A stretch of DNA of 64,000 bases, taken from Lama glama. Taxonomy: Eukaryota. This document shows positions 1 through 12,050 of the stretch, piece after piece. The notes under the pieces are model-generated. The model made no database searches and was not told the DNA's origin. It was given only the letters and a program-made list of their open reading frames with translations. The stretch spans positions 43,092,001 to 43,156,000 of the forward strand of contig CM052816.1 of NCBI GenBank assembly GCA_028534125.1, written 5' to 3'. Numbering within the stretch: the first letter of the stretch is position 1; every line of letters begins with the position of its first letter. The position numbers were made by a program, and so were the translations under genes.

Positions 1-415
1 GCTTACTTTTCTCTGGAATATACCTCAGTCTCTTAGCGTATATGTCTCTCCTGCCAAGCATGAATATTAAAGCCACCAGTCAATGTTTTTCCATGTCATT
101 TAATCTCCCAGTCTATTTGCTGATTCTCTGAAGGTGCTCAATAATAAAAAGGGCATAGTCAGGGGATGGCATGATAAGTTAGGTGTGTTCCTGAACTGAC
201 AAGTTTGTTTATTTAAACCTTAAACATAACACTAATTACACATCTCTGGAAAATTCAAATTATAGCCTGTGCAAATTATATCACCATCAACAGTATTTTA
301 TTGAAGTGTAAAGCTTTAGAGTTTTTATTCCCCACACACCCTGTGGTGCCAAAAGGTGTAATGGAGAAGAGGCTTTTTCTCTCACTTATTTCAAGACTTT
401 CTTTTCTTCCCCCTA

Positions 416-1021
416 GCTTTAGTGAGATATAATTGACATATAACATTGTGTAATTTTCAGGTGTACCATATGCTAATTTGATATACATATATATTGTAAG
501 ATGTTTACCACAATAAGATCAGTTAATGTATCCTTTACCTCACATAATTGCCATTTTGTTGCTGCTGCTGTTTTGGTGAGAACATTAAAGCTCGACTCCT
601 AAAGCGTTTTCAAGTATACAGTATAGTATCGTTAACTATAGTTATCACGCTGTACATTAGATCCCCAAAACTTACTCATCTTATAATGGAAAGTTTGGAC
701 CATTTTACCAACATCTTCCCATTTCTCCCAACCCTCAGCCCCTGGCAACCACCATTCTAATTTCTGTTTCTATGAGTGAAGTTTTTAGATTCCACATATG
801 AGACCATACAGTATTTATCATTCTCTGCTGACTTACTTCAGTTAGCATAATGCCCCCAGGATCCATTCATGTTGTTGCAAAAGGCAGGATTTCTTTCTTT
901 TTATGCCTGAATAATATTCCAGTGTGTGTGGGTGTATGTGTGTGTACTACATTTTCTTTATCCATTCATCCACTGATGGGCACTTAGATTGTTTCCATGT
1001 CTTGACTGTTGTAAATAATGC
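416..1021 (-). mobile_element. L1 3' end fragment (L1MA9-like), antisense
   Basis: Resembles antisense L1MA-type 3'UTR: 'gagatataattgacatataacattgtg', 'tacattagatccccaaaacttactcatcttataa', 'cccctggcaaccaccattct', 'tttagattccacatatgag'. Confidence 0.8.
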
Positions 1022-1179
1022 ACATTTTCTGTTTCCTTGGCTGGTGTACCCTGATCTTCAAGGCTGTCAGACCAGCATGAATGATGCCTGCACAGTACCT
1101 CCACAAACAGTTCTTTGCCTCCGTTCTCAATACCCTGGCTTCCTTTTCTTTTTTGTCCTACAACCATGCAGATACTTAT

Positions 1180-1640
1180 TTTTTTTTAAACTTATTGAGG
1201 TATAGTTTACATACAATAAAAAATATAGATTTTAAGAGTACAATTTGATAGGTTTTGACAAATGTGTATACCATGTAACCACTACCCTAATCAAGATATA
1301 AATTATTTTCATCATACTGGAAAGTCCTCTTATGTTCCTTTGCAATCACTCCCACTCCTGCCTTTGACCTGGGGAGCCACAGATCTAATTTTTGTCACCA
1401 TAGATTATTTTGTTCTAGAACTTCATATAAATGAAATGCTGACTTATTTCATTCAGAAAAATGTCTGTGAGATTATCTGTGGTGTTGCATGTATACACAG
1501 TTTGTCCATTTTTATTTGTGAGTAGGATTTCTTTTTATTGCTGTACTATAAGTTGTTTCTCCACTCACCTGTTGATGGACATTTGGGTTATTTCTAGTCT
1601 GAGACTCATATAAACAATGCTGTATGAGACTGTGTACAGT
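1180..1640 (-). mobile_element. Old L1 (L1MD/L1ME-like) 3' end, antisense
   Basis: T-run then 'ttattgaggtatagtttacatacaataaaa', 'gttctagaacttcatataaatg', 'gttgatggacatttgggttattt'. Confidence 0.75.
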
Positions 1641-1654
1641 CTGTTTGTTTAGGT

Positions 1655-3600
1655 GAAACTTTTTGAGATAATTATAGATTTCACATGCAGTTTTAAGAAG
1701 TGGTATGGAAAGATCCCATGTACCTTTTATTCAGTTTTCCCCATTGGTAACATCTTGTTAAATTAGAGTACATTGTTACTACCAGGAAATTGATATTTAT
1801 ATTGATAGAATCCACTGATCTCATTCAGATTTCCCAGTTTTATTCATTTCTTCCCTCCCCTCCACGTGTGTGTATGTTTAATTTTAGGCAAGTTTATCCC
1901 ACGTGTAGTTTTGTATACCCACCACCACTGTCAGATTCAGAACAGTCCTATACTCACAGAGGTCTCTCAGGTTGCCCTTATGTAACCACAGGCATCTCCT
2001 CCATTCCTAACCCCTGCAAGCCACTAATACATCCTCCATCTCTAATTTTGCCATTTCAAGAACATTATAAAGATGTAATCGTATAGTATGTAACTTTTGA
2101 GACTAGAATTTTTTACCCAACATAATTCCTTGAAATTTATCTAAATTTCACACCTACCAGTTATTCCTTCCCTTTGAAGGTTATTTCAGTCGTTGGATAT
2201 TAGAAAGCTGTCACGAATATCAATGTACGTGTTTTTGAGTGAACATAAATTTCATTTCTCTGGCATAAATTGTCCAAGAGCACAATTGCTGGGTAAGATG
2301 GTAACAGTACGTTTAGTTTAAAGAAACTGTCAAACTGTTTCCAGAGGGTCTGTACCATTTTACATTCCCAGCAACAGAGTATGAGTTACCCAGTTTCTCA
2401 ATATCTTCATCAACTTTTGTTGTCACTGTTTTTTATTTTAGCTATTCTTACAGGTTTGTAGTGACATTTCATTGCGGTTTTACTTTATTTCCTTATGGAT
2501 GCTGGACCTCTTTTCATGTGCTTATTTGCCATCTGCATACCTGTTTTGATAAAATATCTCTTTATGTCTTTTGTCCATTTTCTGTTTGTTTCTTTCCTGT
2601 TCAGTTTTCAGAACTCTTCATATATTCTATATACTAGTTCTTTATTAGATAGGAAGCTTGCAAATATTTTCTCCTATCCACAGCTTGTCTCTTCATCCTG
2701 TTATACAGGTCTTTCACAGAGAAACAGTTTTAATTCTGCTGAAATCCATTTTATTAATTTTTCTATTTATGGATCGTGGTTTTGGTGTCATCTGAGAACT
2801 GTTTGCTTAGCCTTAGATCCCAAAGAGTTTTATCCATTGTTTCTAATATTTTTCTAAAGGCTCTATGTTTTTACATTTTACAGTTAAGTCTGTGATCCAT
2901 TTTGAGTAAATTTTTGTGTAAGATGTGTAAGCTTTAGATCAGGTTCATTTTTTCCCCCTTTTTTTGCTTTAAGATGTCCTATTGCTCTAGCGCTGTTTTG
3001 TTTTTTTTTTTTAATGGCTATCCTTCTTCCACTGAATTTTATTTGCATTTTTTTAAAAAATCAGTTATTGTATTTCGTGGGTCTCTTTCTGGGTTCTCTG
3101 TTCTCTCCCATTGATCTGTTGCCTGTTCCCCCACCACTTGATTGTTATAGCAATATAGTAAACCTAATTCTGAAGTAGAGCAATTTTTCTCTGCATTTTA
3201 TTCTTCTTTATAAAGTTTTTTTAAGCTATTCTAGGGCCTGTGCTTTTCCATATAAATTTTAAGGTAAACTTGTCTATGTCAACAAAGATGGGATTTTGAT
3301 AGGAATTCCATTAAACCCATATATCCTATTGGAGACAATTAACATCTTTAGTATGTTTAGTTTTCCAACTCATGAGCAAGGTGCGTCTTTCCATTTATTT
3401 GTCTTTGTTTTATTTCATCAGCATTTTGCAGTTTTTGACATAAGATCCCATATATGTTTTATTATTTTTACACTTAAGTATTTAATTTGTTTTGAAGTGA
3501 TTCCAAATAGTATTACGGTTCTAATTTCAGTTTCTGCAGACTCATTGTTAGAAATGTGATGGATTTCTGTGAGTCGATCTTGTACCCCTGCAATCTTGCA
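1655..3600 (-). mobile_element. L1MC-like 3'UTR plus degraded ORF2 3' part, antisense
   Basis: 'ttttgagataattatagatttcacatgcag' 3' end followed by L1 ORF2-type antisense text ('cttttcatgtgcttatttgccatctg', 'gtctgtgatccattttgag', 'gggattttgataggaatt'). Confidence 0.8.
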
Positions 3601-3639
3601 AGCACTGGAAACATTCAGAATCAAAGTGTTTTATTTTAT

Positions 3640-4451
3640 GAAAAAATGTGTCAAGAATATTTTGCACAGTGCTTGTGTCCCTCTTCTCATTGTGTAACCC
3701 TTGAGACAGAGGGAGCAGCTTCTTTTATCTTCACAGATTGTAATACTCTTTTCTAAGTTGGGATCAGCTTCCAGTGTTTCATCCTTTGTGCCTTCAATAT
3801 CATAAAATATCTCTGAGAATGACTTCAAGGGGAAGTTTTTAGCAAGTGTGACTTCTGGGACATCTTCACCCTTTCCATCACAACCACTTTTCACATTTAT
3901 GTCAATAGCTGTGCTTCACTGAGCTCTTCTAGCTGCCTGTCTATAGAGTTTCTCGAATGGTGGCGGTGTCAACATTCCCATGGTCAGATATTTCTTCTAT
4001 AACTTTGTTTATATTTAATTCTATTTCACTTCCAATGTTATTATTTTTTGTTTCTTTAATACCTTTTCGTCTTTGTTGGCCAGTTCTTTCTGTTACTCAT
4101 TTTTGTAAAATGTCACATGAGTTTAATCAATGGGAGACAGGGAAGCATCAAAAGTACATTCTTTGCTATCTGTGAATGGACTGAACAGCAGATACACAGT
4201 GACCAATCACTAACAGACATAAAAAGAAGCGATGTAATTAGTCACTGATCATGATGCACATCTATTTTTTATGTAGTGGTTTGTGAACTGAAAGGCTGGC
4301 AGCAAAATTTGTGCTTTTATGCAGCTAATGGTTAACCTATCATAGTAACTGAAGTTTGAACTGTGTTGTGTTGTGTTGTTGGACTGGTGTTTTTAACTAA
4401 ACCATGGTAACTGAATCCCACTTATATTGGAACTGTACAAAGTGAGGACTG
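3640..4451 (-). mobile_element. Tigger (TcMar-Tigger, Tigger13a-like) non-autonomous DNA transposon, missing its 3' end
   Basis: Ends in 'aactgtacaaagtgaggactg' (reverse complement of TIR CAGTCCTC.CTTTG.ACAG). Minus-strand peptide EDVPEVTLAKNFPLKSFSEIFYDIEGTKDETLEADPNLEKS resembles a Tigger transposase C-terminus. Confidence 0.8.
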
Positions 4452-4453
4452 CA

Positions 4454-4493
4454 TGTGTGTGTGTGTGTGTGTATATGTATGTGTGTATATATA
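4454..4493. repeat. (TG)n/(TA)n microsatellite
   Basis: Directly visible, at the TA-rich Tigger end. Confidence 0.9.
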
Positions 4494-4499
4494 GATAAA

Positions 4500-5790
4500 A
4501 TACAATGTCAAGATGTGTGATGATTGCTATAAAGTAAAGAGGGAGTGGGGATACTGAATGTGAATAGTAAGTACCAGTTTATATAATTGTGGATGTCCTC
4601 TTTATGAACTAACTTTTGAGCAAAGGGACCTGAGTGAAGTGAATAAAGCATTGATAAGGTCAGGGGGAGGTAAATATGTAAAAGGAATAGCAAATGCAAA
4701 GTCCTAGAGGCAGGAATGAGCTTGGGGTGTTAAAGGAATCTGAGCTAATGGAGCTAGAGTAGAGTGAGACAGAGAGCAATTGGACGATGAGCTTGGAGAG
4801 GTTTGCAGAGGAGGGATCATATAAGGTCTTAGAGGCCATGGGAGGGAGTTTGGGTTTTATACTTTGTATGATGGAGAGCCACCAGAAGGTTTTAAGCAGA
4901 AGTGTGATATAATTTTATCTTCATTCTTAGATCATTTTGGCAGCTGCAGTAAAATTTTATGGTGGGACAGCTATAGTGGAAGCAAGGTAACCAGATAAGA
5001 GGCTTTGCAGCAGTGTAGGTGAGAGAGAGTTATGGTTTGGGTCAGGTCTTAGCAACAGATATGGGAGAAAATGTCAGCTCCAGGCTATATCCTGAGGACA
5101 GAACTGAGCAGACTTGTTACTGGATTGGGTGGGAGCTAGGATAAAAAGATAGGAATTAAAGATCATTCCTAAGTTTTTGACTAGGGCAGCTGAGGGTATG
5201 CTAGCTCCATATGCAAAGATGTGGAAGCAACAGACAGGAATGGAGGATATAACATTCTCTTTAAGACATGATAAGTCGAAATGCCTATTACCACCTATTT
5301 AGAGCTTAGGGAAGAGATGAGGGCTAGAGATACAAATTTGGGTTTTATCAATGTACAGATGTTATTTAAAAGTCCAAACTGGATGAGATCATATAGGGAG
5401 TAACTAGAGAACTAGAGTTGGTTACAGATTGTACCTTGTGAAGAAGAGAGGAGAAATCAGCAAAAGAGATTACAGAAGGACAGTCAGTGTGGCAGTAGGA
5501 AAAGAAAAAGGCATAGTGCTCAGAAACCAAATTTTGGTAATGTTTCAAGAAAGGGGAAATTATCAGTTTTGTCAAAATGCTCCTAAATGGTCAGGCAACA
5601 TGGACCAATTAAGCACTGAGATTTTTAACCAGGGATGTCTTGGAACAGTAATAGGGCCTAAAGCTCAGTTGAAGTGTCTGAGGATGGACAGGGTAGTGAG
5701 GAAGTGGAGACGCAAATACTGATCACCTTTTCAGTGAGATTGGTGTGAAAGAGAAGAAAGAAAAATGGAGTACTATTTGTTAGGTCTAAG
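4500..5790 (-). mobile_element. L2 LINE fragment(s), antisense
   Basis: Purine-rich L2 text: 'gaatagcaaatgcaaagtcctagaggcaggaatgagcttgg', 'gaaggttttaagcaga', 'gggctagagatacaaatttggg'. Confidence 0.75.
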
Positions 5791-5811
5791 GAAAAGTTAT
5801 GTGTGTATTTT

Positions 5812-7850
5812 TCCTTGCAGAATATTATACTTGTATGCATAAGTTTAGTTACCACAAGTTAGTGAAATAACACCAGACTCTCAGCAACATGGTTCAAATT
5901 TCAGTTTCTACAGTAAGTTACCTGTGATTTAAGTACAGACTCTGTGACTACCTCTCCAGTCCACAAGTCATGATGACATTAACCCATGTGCATCTTGGTC
6001 AGTGACCAGTCATATCACTTCTTTCAAAGTTTATTAGTGATTGGTTACTATATATTTGCTATTTAGCTCATGCACAGACTGCAAAGCATAGAGTTGTGTT
6101 GCTTGATTCTTAGTGATATATCCATGTAATTGCAGTTTTAAAGCACTCCTCTTGTTGTGTTATGCTCCAGATCACCTTCATTCTCTCATGGACTTGAATA
6201 AAATGTGGAAATTTGCTTTTTGCCATCAAACACCACTTTATTCATCCAGCTAATGGACCATATATTATTTCAACTTCCAAAGCCTATTATCTGATGTGGA
6301 CTTCCAGACAGGGTATTGAGCTAGAGATCATGCAATTTCTTTAGCAGAGTTTTGGAAAAATGTCATAAAGCATGCAACTGAAAACACTCAAGCATTATGG
6401 GAACTAATGGCTAAAATAGTAATATGTGTGCAGTATGGTGAACCTTTTACCTCACTTTACAAATCACTTTACAATATTTGAATTGAACATAAATGGAATT
6501 ATAGAAGAAAGAGCTGACCTGGACATGTTAACACTGCCTGCCAGTGTAAACACTTTTTAGATTTGAATGACCCTAGATTTGCATCCAGAGAAATTTAGTG
6601 AATGCAAGCTAACCAACACAAATGAGAAAAGCAGCTGTGCTGAAAATTATGAAGATGTCCTGTGAGAAGTGATGAAAGCAACTCTGGGAGGCATTTCATG
6701 ATTTTGAAAATGCAGTAGATAAAATGGTGGAGGCTTAGATCCAAGCTTAGAAACAAGTATGACTGTTCACCAAGGTACAGAAAATGTGCTTGCTTTGTAT
6801 TATAAGTTATACAACAAAAAGTAGGCAAGTGTGAAGTGTAATTCAAATCACTCTTGATAAATTTTTTTTACAGATAAAGCACTTGAAATTGTTAGTGTTT
6901 CTAATATTTTAAACTACAGTATACTATATAAATATTTTACTATTTTTTCATTTCCCTATATATTTATAACTGATAGGAGCAGGTTTTTTAATTGAAATAT
7001 AGTTGATTTGTTATGTTGTGTTAGTTTCTGGTATAGAACAAAATGATTTAGTTATACATCTACATGTATTCTTTTTCATATTCTTTTTCATGATAGGTTA
7101 TTACAAGATATTGAATGTAGTTCCCTGTGCTATATAGTAGAAACTTGTTGTTTATTTTATGTATAGTAGTTGTATCTGCAAATCTCAAACTCCCATTTTA
7201 CCTCTCCACCTCCCCCATCACCACTTTCCCCCGGTAACCATAAGTTTGTTTTCTATGTCTGTGAGCCTGTTTCTGTTTTGTATATAATTCATTGGTATCA
7301 TTTTTTAGATTTCACACATAAGTGATATCATATATTTGTCTTTGACTTACCTCACTTGGTATGATAATTTCTAAGTCCATCCATGTTGCTGCAAATGGCA
7401 TGATTTCATTCTTTTTTATGGCTAATATTCCATGGTGTGTGTGTGTGTGTATCTTCTTTATCCATTTATCTGTCAATGGGCGTTTAGATTTCTTCCATGT
7501 CTTGGCTATTGTAAATAGTTCTGCTGTGAACATTGGGGTGCATGTATCTCTTCAAGTTAGAATTTTCTCTGAATACGTGCCCAGGAGTGGAATTGCTGGA
7601 TCATATGATAAGTCTGTTTTTAGTTTTTTAAGGAACCCACATAGTTTTCTATGGTGGCTGCACCAAATTACATTCCCACCAACAGTGTAGGAGGGTTCCA
7701 TTTTCCATAGGAGAGTTTTTTTTAATGTTTTGATAAAAATTCTTTAAAAGCCATGAACAATTGTAATTTTCCCCTTTGACTATTATTTGTATGGTTACAG
7801 CTTGCACAGATCTTTTTATGGTCTCAGAGTACCATACTAAACAAGGACTG
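5812..7850 (+). mobile_element. Tigger13a-related element retaining a degraded DDE transposase segment, interrupted by an L1 (6984-7706)
   Basis: 5' part matches the reverse complement of 4150-4451. 6150-6310 translates with frameshifts to LLLCYAPDH..FLPSNTTLFIQLMDH..STSKAYYL (pogo/Tigger DDE_1-like). C-terminal DPSLETSMTVHQG. Ends with 3' TIR 'aaacaaggactg' at 7850. Confidence 0.8.
6984..7706 (-). mobile_element. 5'-truncated lineage-specific L1, antisense, with degenerate TSD
   Basis: Minus-strand ORF2 C-terminus (…KKNEIMPFAATWMDLEIIIPSEVSQ). Flanks 'ataggagcagg-tttttt' (6973) and 'ataggagag-tttttt' (7707). Confidence 0.9.
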
Positions 7851-7865
7851 CATATATTTACATGA

Positions 7866-8301
7866 TGTGATGATTAATTTTATGTGCCAGCTTGGTTAAG
7901 TCACATGCCCAGATACCTGGTCAAATAGTCATCTGGATGCTTCTATGAGGGTGCCTTTTTGGATGAGACTGTCATTTAAATCAGTGGATTTTGAGTAAAA
8001 CAGATTACCTTCTATAATGTAGTGGGCCTTATCCAGTCAGTTGAAGGTCTTAAAGACTAACCTCCCCCAAGCCAAAGGGAATTCTGATAGCAGACTGCTT
8101 TTGGATTCAAACTGTAACTCTTCTCTGGGTCTTTAGTCTGCTAGCCTACCTCATCAGATTTTGGACTTGCCAAGACACCACAATCACATGAGCTAGTTCC
8201 TTAAAATGAAAATCTCTCTCTCTATCTGTACACACACACTGCACACACACATACATACACATCTTATTGGTTCTATTTCTCTGGAGAACCCTGATAATAT
8301 A
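7866..8301 (+). mobile_element. MLT2-type (ERVL) solo LTR
   Basis: Starts 'tgtgatgattaattttatgtgccagcttgg', ends 'ttggttctatttctctggagaaccctgataatata', with an internal (CA) tract typical of MLT2. Confidence 0.85.
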
Positions 8302-8359
8302 GGCAGTATATATGTATTATGTACAAATATTACATGTGTATGTGTATCTTTTTTTTTAA

Positions 8360-8670
8360 TGAAAGCTCAGTGGAGATAAGGACTTTCATTGCTCATTGTT
8401 AAGTGCCCCAGATGTAGAATAGTGCTGGCCATGCTCAACAAATATTTGTTAAAAATATAAATTATATCAATTGGAATAAAAAAGATGGTTTCTGAGTCCT
8501 TTCACATCAATTAGCTCATTTGATTTCTCAAGGATGCAGTGACGTGTGCCAATAAGAATCACCACTACTTTACAGAAAAGAAATGTAGACCCAGAGAAAT
8601 TAAATCAGATTTTGGTGTTAGAACTAGGTTTCTTGACTCTTAGCCTGTGTTTTGTCCATTGTATCCTGAT
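8360..8670. mobile_element. L2 3' tail (+) followed by MIR remnant (-)
   Basis: 'ctcaacaaatatttgtt' L2 tail; 'tttacagaaaagaaatgtagacccagaga' MIR core. Confidence 0.55.
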
Positions 8671-9929
8671 GTCCTGGAAGACAGAAGGGCAATATAAAAA
8701 TGTCAGTTTTTCCTGTTTTGATTTTGTTTTATTTTTGAGAAGAATTTTTAAGTGTTACTTCTCTTGGGCTGAACTAAATTTGTGGGAGGTATTTTGTGGT
8801 GGACAGGGTTGCTGCTGGTGAAGACCAGTAACATTTGGTCAGGTGGGAGTGGGTGGAGCCTCTGAGGGCTGTCTTGAGGACACCTTGTTTATGTAGAGGA
8901 AATGTGGCTGTGTGAAGGCATTTCCCCTTACACTTAAAATGCAACTGTGCTGAAAATCTGGACTTAGCCAGAAGCTATTTCAAGTAGTCTTTACCAAAAG
9001 TCATCTGTTAGAATGCTTTAGAATTTAATTTGAAAGTAGTTGTTTCTATGACACCAGAGTCAGGGTTGGTTGGTTGGTTTGTCTGTTTTTTTTGTTTGTT
9101 TGTTTTGTTTTTGTTTTTGTTTTTTTGTAGGAGAAGAATTTTTGCTTTGGAGATTTTTCTAGTTTCTTCCATGTACCCTGTATTTGAAGTATTAACTTTT
9201 TTTTTTCCTCAAATGAAAATACAGCTTCACGAAAGAATACAACTGAAAGGTACCGATATTTGTTATACAGGCACTAAATTGCCAAACTGAATGAAAAACT
9301 GAGTCTAAGAACAGGAGGGTGGTTTGAAGTTTCTTGTGCCATTTCTTGCATGTTTCCTGTGCTGAAGAGCAGTGAGTGTTCAAAGCCATCCCTCTTAGTT
9401 TAAAACTCACCTGACAGTAATGAATCGTGTCAGTTCAGGAAAGTGTTGAGAGCTAGAGAGGTACCAAGTCTTTGTATTCAACATTGATGAATGACTTGCA
9501 GTCTCAAAGGATAATTTTCACTTATAATTTTAATTTTAAAAATTGCTTTAAAAGTGCAACATGAGTTTAAGTCTATTTTTCCCCCTGGTGTCTGAAGAGC
9601 AAGTGTTATTAGTCTTGTATTAGTTGTCTATTATAAATGTTGTATTATTTTCTTCAGTGGTGTGAAAGTTATTTCCTTAAGCATGGATCTTATGTCATTT
9701 TCTCCTCAATTACCAAAACTTAACAGTTGTTCCAGTAAGATAATAAGTATTGAAATAAGGGAGACGGGGAGACAACATAGGAAAAAATAAAGGAGAATGC
9801 AGGACATGGCTAACACTATGGGAGTAGAAGAATACAGATGGCTTTTTAATAACCAAATAAAATATGTGCATGAACTTAGTAAATATCTTGTTTGTTCACA
9901 GAAGCTTTTTTACATTTTAGAGTAAGTAA

Positions 9930-10172
9930 AAAATGGTAATTGACAATTTATTGAGTGCTTTCTTTAGGTTAGTTCTATTCTCAGTATTTTCCATGAAATA
10001 ACTCACAGAATCCACATGAAGCTGGAACCAGAACTGTCCCCATTTTACATACGAATTGAGTAAGAGAGGTGAAGTCACTTACCTAACGCCGCATTGCTAG
10101 TAAATGGTGGTGCCAAGTTCAAAGGCTGGCAGCATGGCTCCAGGTGAACATTGTTCACCATGGTGCTATGCC
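9930..10172 (-). mobile_element. MIR SINE
   Basis: 'atttattgagtgct…tccccattttaca…gaggtgaagtcacttacc…gctagtaaatgg'. Confidence 0.75.
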
Positions 10173-10399
10173 AGATGGTTTGTGCTATTGTTGCTTACCA
10201 CACTGATACTTTATCTGATGGCTTTATATGGCATCAATTATTTTGAAATTGTTCTGCTAAGCCATTTCTGACTACATATAATGAAACTTCTAATTTTTAA
10301 ATCCAATTAATCCCAAATTCATTGATTAAATATGATTTTAAAACAATGAGCCACCAATCTGTTAACTACATTATAGCACTTAAAAAGTACTTATTAACT

Positions 10400-12050
10400 T
10401 TAAACATTACGATCAAAGTAATCTATTTACATGGATTTAAAAGGCCTGACAGAGATAGACAGCTTAGAATAAAAAGTTACAGCTCTGTCTTTCCCAGCAT
10501 ACTCCACAGCTTCCCTCCTTTCTCTAGTCTGAAAATGAAGATTTTAGTTTTTTTATCCTTTCTACATATTCTCCCAGTAATAGATAATGAAATAAATTTT
10601 TATTAAATGCATCAATTTTTTTAGTTTCATAACTCTGTAAATAGATTTTACTGCTGAGCCATGATTAATTTCCTTTCATGTGTAACTTGTTTTCCTGAAA
10701 TTTTTAAAAAAAGAGTTTTAGTTTTCTTTGTCTCTGTGCTAGTCCCTTCTACATTCTCCAGTAACTCTATAATTTTCCACATGGTCAAACGTGTCAGATC
10801 TATTGCTCCCAGGTTTTTTTTTTTTTTTCCCTTGGAAACATTCCTGCTGGAACTCTCCCTTCTCTGGCTTCCATCTGGTCTAATTGCTCTTTAGGTTTGC
10901 TGAGCTGAGCTTTTGTCATCCAGGGATTTCTTTTGCTGTCATCCTGGAATTCCTGTTGCATCTCTTCTGTATTTGATCTCATTTCATAGAATCTGTGTGA
11001 ATCTCTTTCTTGGTTTGCTCTTTTCTATGGTGGAACAGATCCTGCAGTAGTTTTCTGAGAAAAAACATGTTTGAGACAGAAATTTTATGTTACTTTTTCC
11101 ATACAAAAATGTCTTTACCTTACTATTTGATTGTTAATTCTGGGCTAAGAAATAATTTTCTCTTAAAATTTGAAGGCATTATAGTTTTGACTTCTGGCTT
11201 CTAATATTTCTTGGAGGAATTCAAACCATTTTGATCTCTAATTCTTTGTAATTGACTTGATTTTGCTCTTGGGTTTAGGATCTTTACTGTATCCTTGATC
11301 TGAAAGTTCATGATAATGAGCGTTGTTTATGTGAACTTTTTTAATAGTCATGCTGGACACTTAGTGGGCCATTTCATATGATGCATGTTCTTCATTTTGG
11401 GAAATACTCTATTTTCTTCTTTAGTTTCCAACACTAGCTCTCTGTTCTTTCGGAACATTCATTTACTCATTCAACAAACACAGTTAGTAAGTACCTACCC
11501 TCTCTTTGTCAGGCATTGTGATTCTGTACTGGAGGTTATAGCCGTGAAAGAAACACTGCCCTTCTTAAGCCAATTAGTCAGATATTGGGTCTTCTTGATT
11601 AAGCCTTTAATTTTCTTAATTTATTTTTCCTGTAGTCATCTACTTTGTCCTCCTTAAAATTTCCATGGCTTTATCCTCCAAATCTTTACTAATTTATTTT
11701 TAACTTGGGTTGTTTTATTTATTTATTTTTTGTTTCCAGTTGCTCATTTGTATTCTCTGATTATTCCTTTTAAATAGTATCCTGTTTTTGTTTCTTATCT
11801 TTCTCTGAGGAAATTAATTAAATGGGTGTTTTGTGTTTTCATAATTCTGTTCTCTGCAAGATCTCTATCTACTCTAAATTCCTCTCATGGTTTGATTATT
11901 TGATTCTCTTCATGTTAGTTGCTTTCCCTAAGGTGTATGATGACCTTTGTTTATGTGTTAATATTTAATACTTAAGCACTAAAATGCTGATTGGGCGCTC
12001 TGCCTGCCTGTGAGTTTATGGTCTGGTAAACTGCTCTATAGGTCAGTTAT
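10400..12050 (-). mobile_element. Very old L1 (L1ME/L1M-like) remnant with an embedded L2 tail (~11455-11560)
   Basis: T-rich degraded L1 text ('ctggacacttagtgggccatttca', 'aaatttgaaggcatt'). Embedded 'cattcatttactcattcaacaaaca' is an antisense L2 tail. Confidence 0.55.
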
